Source of the DNA: a virus
Taxonomy: Duplodnaviria; Caudoviricetes
DNA length: 64,000 nucleotides
Virus record (IMG/VR): IMGVR_UViG_2799112320_000004
Coordinates: 16,908 to 80,907 of that record
Strand: one strand, 5' to 3'
Position numbers and translations under genes: made by a program. How positions within the stretch are numbered: the first letter of the stretch is position 1; every line of letters begins with the position of its first letter. Below are positions 1 to 8,500 of the stretch, in pieces. The notes beneath the pieces are model-generated. The model searched no databases, had not been told where the DNA came from, and saw nothing but the letters and a program-made list of their open reading frames with translations.

Positions 1-1
1 G

Positions 2-1189
2 GCTTCAGGCGGCGGCGGAATCTGGGCGAGCGGCAGCTTCGAATGGGGCGACCTGCTGACGAGCGAGAGCGATCCGAACGTCCCAGCATGGGCGAAGTCG
101 TCAGTCAAGCCGTCCTACTCGTGGAGCGAGATCACCGGCAAGCCGTCCGGCCTCGACAACGCCGTGCCGTCCAGCCGCAAGGTGAACGGCAAGGCGCTAT
201 CGTCCGACATCACGCTTTCCGCGTCGGACGTGGGGGCGCCCTCGACGGGCATGTTCAACGCCTCGTCAAACCTCGCGTCCACGGCGGACAGCAAGGCCAC
301 AATGGCCATCGCATATCTTCAGGGCGACGACGCGAAGGTCGTTGTCACGAACTACGACTCGGCCGTCACGATACCGTCCATGAGCCTACAGCAGCGCATC
401 GCCGACGGCGGATCGAACTACTGGAAAGTCGTCTGGAACGAAATGACGCGGTGGAACAGGTTCACTGGCGACGGCTTCGACTGGGCCGCATGGTGCGGCT
501 TCGGCTGCTTCCGCACGAACGTCCTTGCGCAGCTCGACCAGAAGGCGGACCGCGCCTGGGGCTTCTACGAATCGCACACGGGCAACTACGCTCCGGACGG
601 CTACGCGTGGATCAGCAGCCCGAAGATCGCCATCGCCGCCGGGCTTGCGTACCAGCGGACGATCACGTCGGAGGGGGCCGTGTGGGTGCTGGAGTCTAAC
701 GGGCTTGTCACGGAGACGGGCGGAAACATGACAAACGGATTCTTCCGCATCAGCGACGGAGAAAACAACACGCTCTTCGAGATCGTCAAGGGGAACAAGC
801 GCACCGTCGGCGCGCAGGCCGGAAGCGTGACGACCGAAAGCGTCATGGGCATCTCGCACATGCACATCCTATACGCCGTCACGGGCGGCCATCCGACTAT
901 CAAGGTCTGCACCGACCTCACGACGGCGGACTGGAAGGCCGAGACGTCCGACGAATGCGTGGCGAACGTGAACTGGACTGGAGGGAGCGGGGCTTGGATT
1001 GCAGAGGTCTGGGGCAAGACGGCGCAGCCAAGAATGTTCGTGAACGCGGAGTACGAGGTAGGCGGCGAGACGTACATCAAGAACACGGTTCCGATTTCGG
1101 CCGACGGCGGGATCCTCTGCACCGACGGGATCCACAAGGTGCGGCCGGTCTACAACAACGGCTCGATCACGTGGGAGGTCGTTCAGTGA
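2..1189 (+). CDS. Tail-fibre-like protein, C-terminal part (5' truncated)
   Basis: Frame open from nt 2; motifs ESDPNVPAWAK, KPSYSWSEITGKP and RKVNGKALSSDITLSASDVGA are typical of phage fibres; C-terminus homologous to 45651-48257. Confidence 0.7.
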   Translation, partial: ASGGGGIWASGSFEWGDLLTSESDPNVPAWAKSSVKPSYSWSEITGKPSGLDNAVPSSRKVNGKALSSDITLSASDVGAPSTGMFNASSNLASTADSKATMAIAYLQGDDAKVVVTNYDSAVTIPSMSLQQRIADGGSNYWKVVWNEMTRWNRFTGDGFDWAAWCGFGCFRTNVLAQLDQKADRAWGFYESHTGNYAPDGYAWISSPKIAIAAGLAYQRTITSEGAVWVLESNGLVTETGGNMTNGFFRISDGENNTLFEIVKGNKRTVGAQAGSVTTESVMGISHMHILYAVTGGHPTIKVCTDLTTADWKAETSDECVANVNWTGGSGAWIAEVWGKTAQPRMFVNAEYEVGGETYIKNTVPISADGGILCTDGIHKVRPVYNNGSITWEVVQ

Positions 1190-1833
1190 GGGAGCTGATC
1201 GCAGGATTCCAGGCGTCGCTGATCTGGATTTGCGTCGTCCTGCTGCTGTCGCTCGCGGGAATCGCCGCGTGCCCGATCGTGCGGGACGCGCTTGCGAAGC
1301 TCCGCTCGATGTTCGGCAAGTCGAAGGTTCAGGGCATACTTGTCGCGGCGGCGATCGTCGGCGCGGTCATGTACGGCGGGAGCAAGGGAACCCGCAGCGT
1401 CAGCTTCCCGCGCACGGACATCGAAGTCGCGTACCTGGTGGACGCCGGATCGTATGTCACGAACGACCTGGTGCACGTCGCCTTCGCCTCGTACCTGATC
1501 CCGCAGGACGCGCCCATAATCCTCTCGTACTGGCCCGACGGCTCGACGAACGAGGACGAGATCGTGACGGCCCTGGCGGCGCCGCTCGCCGACTTCCCGA
1601 ACCCGCTTGACTTCGCCTTCGAGAACGCTATCTCGAACAGGTGGTACTGCTACACGACGTGGACGCCTGGCCCGGCCGTACACACGAACGGAGTATGGCA
1701 GACGATTTGGATGATGGACAGGTGCGACAACTTCTACATGATCCCCATCCGGACATGGATCGAAGCGGACGGCGAAGTCATTGCTCCGCCGGTGTTCACC
1801 CTGCCAGAAGAAGGAGAACCAGACGATGAATAA
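1186..1833 (+). CDS. Membrane-anchored protein with two N-terminal hydrophobic segments; paralog of 45100-45654
   Basis: GTG overlaps the upstream TGA; hydrophobic N-terminus; shared AGSY(V/L)TND and P(A/T)VHTNGVWQ motifs. Confidence 0.75.
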   Translation: MRELIAGFQASLIWICVVLLLSLAGIAACPIVRDALAKLRSMFGKSKVQGILVAAAIVGAVMYGGSKGTRSVSFPRTDIEVAYLVDAGSYVTNDLVHVAFASYLIPQDAPIILSYWPDGSTNEDEIVTALAAPLADFPNPLDFAFENAISNRWYCYTTWTPGPAVHTNGVWQTIWMMDRCDNFYMIPIRTWIEADGEVIAPPVFTLPEEGEPDDE

Positions 1834-2317
1834 GACAGCAGCACTCTTCGCGCTCGCCCTGGCGGCGGCGATCGCTCCGCTCGAACTCCGCCCGGACGGC
1901 GACCTCTCGCAGGTCGTCGCCCAGACGCTCTTCTCGGACGGCAGCACGAACACGTGGACGCAAGCCGACCTGATCGCCGCCTTGCAACTTGTGAACCGCA
2001 AGTACCACCGCGACTGCGAGAGGGGGGACGGACGCAGGGCGTGGCACGGGAGGCTGATGCGGCAGACGGTCGTGACGAACGGCACGACGCTCGTCAAGAC
2101 GGAGACGCACGAGGACGGGACCGAGTTCACGTTCGAGGCGCAGTACGTTCCGCCGTCCGTCGCCGTCTCGAACGCGAACGCGCGCCTGAAGACCACGATG
2201 TCGAGGGGCGTGCCGAAGGCGTTGGCCGAGGCGCGGCTCCGGCGAGCGGAGGAAAAGGCAAGCGTGTCGAACGTCACGGTGACGGTCACGGCGGGTGCCG
2301 GAACGGAGGTCAAATGA
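1826..2317 (+). CDS. Secreted protein; paralog of 44582-45103
   Basis: AAGGAG RBS; signal peptide MNKTAALFALALAAA; shared DGSTNTWTQADL.AAL...NR and WHG motifs. Confidence 0.75.
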   Translation: MNKTAALFALALAAAIAPLELRPDGDLSQVVAQTLFSDGSTNTWTQADLIAALQLVNRKYHRDCERGDGRRAWHGRLMRQTVVTNGTTLVKTETHEDGTEFTFEAQYVPPSVAVSNANARLKTTMSRGVPKALAEARLRRAEEKASVSNVTVTVTAGAGTEVK

Positions 2318-2559
2318 CGGATGAAGAAAGACTGAAGGCGCTTGCCGAAGAGGCAAGATACGAGGCGCGTTTGTGCAGAGGTCAGTTTTTCAACTGCTGC
2401 TATCAGAACGACGGCATAAACAAGATGCTGTTGAACCACGCAACGCTTTTCCGCCAACTGGCAAGGGCACTAGTCGGCCCTGACGATGAAGACAAGGCCT
2501 GGGATAACCTTTCGCAAAGAATAGCGGAAAAGTTTGCCGGAGGGGAAAACAATGGATGA
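2314..2559 (+). CDS. Small hypothetical protein (81 aa) of lower GC; no counterpart in prophage B
   Basis: GGAGG RBS, ATGA overlap, AT-richer codons. Confidence 0.6.
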   Translation: MTDEERLKALAEEARYEARLCRGQFFNCCYQNDGINKMLLNHATLFRQLARALVGPDDEDKAWDNLSQRIAEKFAGGENNG

Positions 2560-2800
2560 AGTCACGAGAGACATGGTTAAGGCCCAGCTGAAGTCAGCAA
2601 AGACCAAGGAAGCGTTGAACGACGCCATGGTCAGCGCGATGATCGCCGTCGTGGACTGCCAGTGCAAGACGGGGATGCGAGTCAAGCGCCAGGGGCTCAT
2701 CCTCGCCGGCATCGGCCTGTTACTGCTTCTGACGCTTCTGTGCGGCAACGACAGCGCGCTGAAGTTGCTGTGCTTCTGGAGATCGGGAGGGACGCCGTGA
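2552..2800 (+). CDS. Small membrane protein with one C-terminal TM helix (holin-like position); paralog of 44334-44582
   Basis: MDEVTRDMVKAQLKSAKT...VVDCQCKTGMRVKRQGL then a hydrophobic helix; near-identical to the B copy. Confidence 0.8.
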   Translation: MDEVTRDMVKAQLKSAKTKEALNDAMVSAMIAVVDCQCKTGMRVKRQGLILAGIGLLLLLTLLCGNDSALKLLCFWRSGGTP

Positions 2801-3243
2801 AGACGAAGTGGGCGACATGCGCCGCGCCGATCATCAGGCTTCCCATCAGCACGCTGGGAGAGTCTGAGGCGGTGCTGATGGAAGACTGGAACCTCGACGA
2901 TGTGATCGGATTCTCGTTTTGCGTTCCGGCCGGAACCAGGACGGACGGCGCGAGCATCCCGAGGTTCCTCTGGAGGATTTGCGGCCATCCCCTCATGGCC
3001 CCGCGCGTGTATGCGGCCACACTCCACGACTGGCTGTACGGCGAATTCGACCTGACGGCCGCCGCGCTGCATGAAAGCCGGTACTTCAACACGGCCCTTC
3101 CCACGGACCTTACCCGCAAGGAGGCCGACGAATGCTACCGCGCCCTCCTGCTGCACTTTGGCGTCGCCGCGTGGCGGGCCGACATCGAATACTACGCGCT
3201 CCGGCTGTTCGGATCGCGACACTACAAAGGAAAAAGCAAATGA
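2797..3243 (+). CDS. DUF1353-family protein
   Basis: VPAGTRTDGASIPRFLW, AATLHDWLY and RKEADECY motifs characteristic of DUF1353. Confidence 0.85.
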   Translation: MKTKWATCAAPIIRLPISTLGESEAVLMEDWNLDDVIGFSFCVPAGTRTDGASIPRFLWRICGHPLMAPRVYAATLHDWLYGEFDLTAAALHESRYFNTALPTDLTRKEADECYRALLLHFGVAAWRADIEYYALRLFGSRHYKGKSK

Positions 3244-3890
3244 AGAAGATCATCTGGTTTTGCGCGGCCGCCGCGCTTGCAGCGTCCGCATTGGCCGAAT
3301 ACGATGCCGTCCAGCTGGAAGCCGGCGACAACCTGGTACCGGCACCGTGCTCCGGCGTGATGCTCCATGCCATCAGCACGAACGCGAGCGGCACCGTCGT
3401 CCTGAAGAAGGTGACTGCGCTCTCGATCACGTGGAACGAGACGCGGACGGTGACGAACATCATCTACACGACCGCGTGGAGCAACCTCACGCACACCGTC
3501 ACGAACGACATGGTGAGCGCGTGGCGCACGAACGCCGTCACGGTCGCGGGGACGACGAACACGGTGGTCGAGACCAACTTCCTCGCACGGGCGATGAACG
3601 CCATTCCGTCCGTCTATCCCTGGCCCGACCTGCTGATCACGACGAACAAGCTGACCGGCGTCGAGGTGTACACGAACATCCCGTACAAGGTAGAGTCGTC
3701 GCGTCGCGTGATGCCCTACACGATCCAGCGCCGGGCGTCGAAGTACGTCACGAACGACGTCTGCAACGTGACGCTGGCCAGCGGATTCAAGACGAACGCC
3801 GTCAGCGGCGTGTTCGCGCCCGGCGACTACATCTACGCGAGCGGCACGGCGTTCAACGGCGGACGCGTGCAGCTGATCATAGAGAAGTGA
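3240..3890 (+). CDS. Secreted Thr/Asn-rich protein; paralog of 42511-43296
   Basis: Signal peptide MKKIIWFCAAAALAASALA; shared STNA.GTV and C-terminal PGD....GTAF.GG.VQLI.E motifs. Confidence 0.8.
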   Translation: MKKIIWFCAAAALAASALAEYDAVQLEAGDNLVPAPCSGVMLHAISTNASGTVVLKKVTALSITWNETRTVTNIIYTTAWSNLTHTVTNDMVSAWRTNAVTVAGTTNTVVETNFLARAMNAIPSVYPWPDLLITTNKLTGVEVYTNIPYKVESSRRVMPYTIQRRASKYVTNDVCNVTLASGFKTNAVSGVFAPGDYIYASGTAFNGGRVQLIIEK

Positions 3891-3934
3891 CTTCCGGCAA
3901 TTCCGCCGGGGAAAACAAACAGGAGTAAAAAGCA

Positions 3935-4438
3935 ATGAAGAAACTGATATTGGCGTGTGTCGTTGCCGTGGCCCTCTCGGGGTGCATGTTCATCGTCGCG
4001 GGCTGCCGTACGGTGTGCGTCGAGAACGACAAGGAGAAAGGCTGGTCCGTGACCTGCCGCTCCAACATGATGAAGTCCGAGCTGGACAACATGAAGGCGT
4101 CCATAAATCCCGACGGGACTATCTCGTTCGAGATGGGAGGCCTCGCTTCTAGCCCGTCCGAGGAGTTCGCGAAGAGCCTGATGACGATGACATACATCGC
4201 GCGCCTTGCCGCTGCCATCGCGTCGCCAACTGCGGCCGGCGTCCCGCTCAACGAATCCGCCGCCGACCCACAGGCGATAGCTGCGATCCTTGCCGCCCAG
4301 GCCGCCGCAAAGGAAACGACGGTAAAGGCGAAGAGCGCGGCCGCCGTGAGCAAGATCGAAGCCAAGGCGAAGGCCGCGTGCCCGACCGGCACGTGCTCCG
4401 ACGGAACATGTTCCGACTGCCAGGCGACGGCTAAGTAG
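3935..4438 (+). CDS. Lipoprotein with Cys-rich C-terminus (spanin-like candidate); paralog of 43310-43813
   Basis: AGGAG RBS; lipoboxes LSGC and VAGC; tail CPTGTCSDGTCSDC. Confidence 0.75.
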   Translation: MKKLILACVVAVALSGCMFIVAGCRTVCVENDKEKGWSVTCRSNMMKSELDNMKASINPDGTISFEMGGLASSPSEEFAKSLMTMTYIARLAAAIASPTAAGVPLNESAADPQAIAAILAAQAAAKETTVKAKSAAAVSKIEAKAKAACPTGTCSDGTCSDCQATAK

Positions 4439-4465
4439 GGATCAGCACGACGGAAGGAGCGCCCC

Positions 4466-5491
4466 ATGACCATAAACGCCGACAATATCGCAGTCTGCCA
4501 GGAGGCTCTGTACCTTCTGCGGCAGGACGTGGGGCTTCCGTCCGTGGAGGCGGCGCCGACGGACACGTCGCTCGAATGGCAGAAGAGCAAGATCGCGTTC
4601 GACACGGCCGTCTCCGAGGTCTGGAACGCGCACGACTGGAACGCCGAGCTGAAGCTGACGGGCGCAGACCTGACGGCGGCGCCCGCGAGCGTCGCGAAAT
4701 GGACTCCCGCCATGCGCTCCGCGCTCGCCTACTGCGTGGCGTCGGAGCTGGCGATCCCGCTTGCGGGCCGCGTCCAGGACCTCCAGAACTGGCGCGCGCT
4801 CTACGCGGAGAAGCTGACGCGCGCCCGAGTCCTCTCGCTGGAGGCCGAGCGCAAGGCCGTCACGAACCAGACACACAACGACATTCTGGCTCTGCTCGTG
4901 CCGCACTTCGATCCGGCCGACGGTCACCTGCCGCGCTCGATCAAGGTGCTGACAGACCGGGCCGACGCGCTCGCGGACTCCGCGCGCTACGCCGTCCTCG
5001 CCGACCACGCCTGGAACTTCGCCCGCGCAGAGGAGCGTGTCGCGTCGTGCGACGTCCCGCACGGCTGCGGGCCGTACCCGTTCGCGTCCGAGGTCCCGCC
5101 CTGCTGCGCTCACCTGGAGGCCGTGTTCACGCACGGCGGGAAGCTGGACGACTGGAAGGTGTACGAGGGCCGGATCATCGTCGCCCGCGAGCCGGTCGTC
5201 TCGATCGTCTTCACGCGCGACGACAAGCGGCCCGAGAAATGGCCGCCGCTCGTACGCCGCGCGTTCCTGTTCCGTCTCGCCGCAGACGTGGCGCAGACCG
5301 AGGTGCCGAAGCTCTTCGAGGTGCTGGAGGCGAAGGCGGCCGAAGCGCTCGTGGAGGCAAGGGCCCGAGACGCGCGCGAGTCGAACACGCCGCGCGACGC
5401 ATGGGGACGCAACTACCACGTGGACGCCATGCGCGGCATCCGTCCGGGCGGGCACCTCCCGCCGCACCGCCCTTTCCACGGCCTCATCTAG
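4466..5491 (+). CDS. Tail tubular protein A / head-tail adaptor (T7 gp11-like), apparently a tandem of two domains
   Basis: ICxxAL, HxWNF and ALAYxxAxELA-type motifs occur twice; lies before a gp12-like gene. Confidence 0.7.
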   Translation: MTINADNIAVCQEALYLLRQDVGLPSVEAAPTDTSLEWQKSKIAFDTAVSEVWNAHDWNAELKLTGADLTAAPASVAKWTPAMRSALAYCVASELAIPLAGRVQDLQNWRALYAEKLTRARVLSLEAERKAVTNQTHNDILALLVPHFDPADGHLPRSIKVLTDRADALADSARYAVLADHAWNFARAEERVASCDVPHGCGPYPFASEVPPCCAHLEAVFTHGGKLDDWKVYEGRIIVAREPVVSIVFTRDDKRPEKWPPLVRRAFLFRLAADVAQTEVPKLFEVLEAKAAEALVEARARDARESNTPRDAWGRNYHVDAMRGIRPGGHLPPHRPFHGLI

Positions 5492-5500
5492 GAGAACGCC

Positions 5501-8500
5501 ATGCCGCTTTGGAAGAACACGCAGCACGCCTTCATCGCCGGGCAGCTCGACACGCATGTCATGGGCCGGCAGGACATGGACAAATATTCCCACGGCGCGA
5601 CGCTCCTGAAGAACTTCCTCGTGAAGCGTCAGGGCTGCATTTCCAAGCGCAGGGGCACCGACCTCACGGCGGACCTCTCCGGACTTCTCGGAACGACCTA
5701 CGACGGCACGCCCATCTCGCCGGACAAGATGCGCCTCGTGCCCGTCACCAACGGCGACGACGGGCGATACGTCATCCTCTCCGGCGGCATCGGATTCGTC
5801 GCAGACCGTAGGGGAGTCATGCTCGACAAGGGTGAATTCGCGCGTTCCATCGGCCCTTACGTGGCCGTCGACGCGGACGGGAAGGCCATCGTCTCCGCGC
5901 GCTCAGACTCGCGTGCGTCGAACGAGACTCCTGTGGACGTGATCCACGCGATCAGCGCGGGCAACTATTCTGTCGCGCGATACGGCAACACATACGATTC
6001 GAACGGCTACATGACGGCCAACGCGCTCCAGAACGCAATCGCCGCCGCGCAGGAGGGAGACACCATCCGCCTGCACGGCGACCTGCTGCTCGAGCAGAAG
6101 CGAACCGGCGAAAACACGCTCGCGCAGAACATCGTCACCGTGGACAAGTCCCTGACGATCGACCTGTACGGTTACAAGGTGACGGTGTACGGACGATACG
6201 CCCACATCGCCGTCACGTCGCCGGACATCGACCTGACGATCACGTCCACTCGGCCCTGCGCCCGTTTCGTCACGCTCTCGGACGCAAACTCGTATTGGCT
6301 GAAGTTCACGCCGTACACGAGCGGTAACACGAAGTCCGGCACCCTGACGCTTGACGGAGACATCTCATGGCAGATGATGGGCGGCGGCTCCAACTTTGGC
6401 GGGATTTACGCGGACCACGCCGCCCACGTGGTCGTGAACTCCGGGAGGTTCGAGTTCGACGACGTAAAGGGAGGATACGTGTTCGCGCTCAAAAACGGCG
6501 GCGACGTGACGATAAACGGCGGTACGTTCAGGATCGGAAACTCCACCGTCACTGAGGACGACACGAAATACATCTTCTGGTGCGCGTCCGCCGGCGCCGT
6601 CACGGTCAACGGCGGGACGTTCGTCAACGAGAACACGAACTCTGGCTCGTCGTCCATCTTCTACGCCGCGACCGTCGCGATCTTCGGCGGAAGGTTCTCC
6701 GCGCAGTCGGCCGCGCAATATTCCAGTTCCGGAACGCTCCGCGTGTTCCGCGGGGAATTCGCGCACAACAACATCAACGGAACCGCCCTGGACGCGACGG
6801 GCTACTATCTCGGCTCGCGCCAGCCCGCGGCCACTACGATCGCTTTCGACGGCACCGACGTCACCGCGACGGCCAGCGCGTGGACCTTGTCTGATTCCGG
6901 GAACCTGACGATCTCGTGGCTCTCCACACAGCATGTGTGGCGCCTGCTCGGCACGATGGCCGGAGGCGGGAACGTGAACGAGACAACGTCCGGCAATCCG
7001 GCCGACACCGAGGTCGTTTTCCCGGAGCACGGCGTGACTGCCACGCGGTCGTGGACGATCTCGGGGGACGGCTCGTGGGCGCTCACGTTCGACATCGCCA
7101 CGACTTACTGGCGGCTCGTCGGAGCTGAGCCGAACGACACGCAGCCGAACGGGGCGGGTTACTACGGCGTCAGGATGATCGGCGAGAACGACTACGCTTA
7201 CGCGCACACGACGGGATCCATCCCGTACCGCATCGCGATCCCGTACGCGGACGCGGACCTGGCCGACCTCTGCATCCGCCAGTCCGGCGACACTCTTTTC
7301 ATCGCGCACCGCGACTACCCTCCTGCCAAAGTGTCGTTCGACGCCGACGGCCGCGCGACTTACGAGGAACTGCGATTCGACAACACTTCACTTCTGCCGC
7401 CGGTCGTCGACTCGGCGGAGATGGCCGGACAGGACCCGGTCGAAACCGAATGGCCGGACGAGTTCCCGCGGCTGAAGGAACAGAGCGACAGCAACGTGGA
7501 CTGCGTGAACGTCGGCTCTGACGGAACCGACGAATACTGGTACACCGCGGGGTGCCCGTCATGGCTCACCGAGAACCAGAAAAAGGAGCTCGTCGCGTTC
7601 AGGAAGGCCTGCGCCGCGCTCGGGACGGTGACGGACGCGGGACACAGCGCCAACGTGGCTGACGGGAACGACGGATCTTGCAGCTACGCCTGCTCGTACA
7701 CATGCACGTCTGTCAGCGTCGACCGTGCGATGGGCGTAAAAACGACAACCGTCTCCGTTAAGTCCTTCACCAAATCCGTGACGAAAGAGGAGACGACGGA
7801 ATTCACGGACGGGCTTGCGACTGGTACGTGCCAGCGGACGATCACCACGGACGGAAGCGCGGAGAACTCCGCGAGCGCGTCGTCCGTCCTCGTGTCTCGC
7901 ACCGTCAGGTACGTCGCGACCTACGTCAAGGACGGCATGGAGTCGCGCCCGTCCGTTCCTGTCGCCGTGGACTACTTCATGCCATGGGCCAACAACGCCG
8001 TCGTGAACATCGTCGTGTCAAAGGGCGACAACGACGACGAGCCTGAATACTACAATGTCTACAAGGACAACGGGAACGGCTACGGACTGATCGGATCCGT
8101 GGGAGTAGAGGCGTCGTCCGGTGCGTTCTCCGCAACGGTTGACGAATATGCGACGAACATTCCGGACAACTCGGCGGACACGCTTTCGGCTCCCTGCCTC
8201 ATGGACTACCTCGACGGCAGGGGCGTCGGACTGGAGACCGTGATGAGGAAGATCTGCTCGGGATCGAACGCGACATTCTCCACCTCGCCGGCCGGTGACG
8301 CCTGCCTCATCTGCCCGCCTTCGCGCCAGTCCGAAGGCATGACCATCAAATTCTCCAAGGGGACGAGGTTCAAGCGGATGCGCGTCTACCTCGACGGGCG
8401 CATCTACGACAAGGTGACAGGCACGGCGTACCTCGTGCCGTCCGCGCCGGAGATCAAGCTTTACGTCACATACCGTAAGGCCGACGGAACGTCCGCGCCC

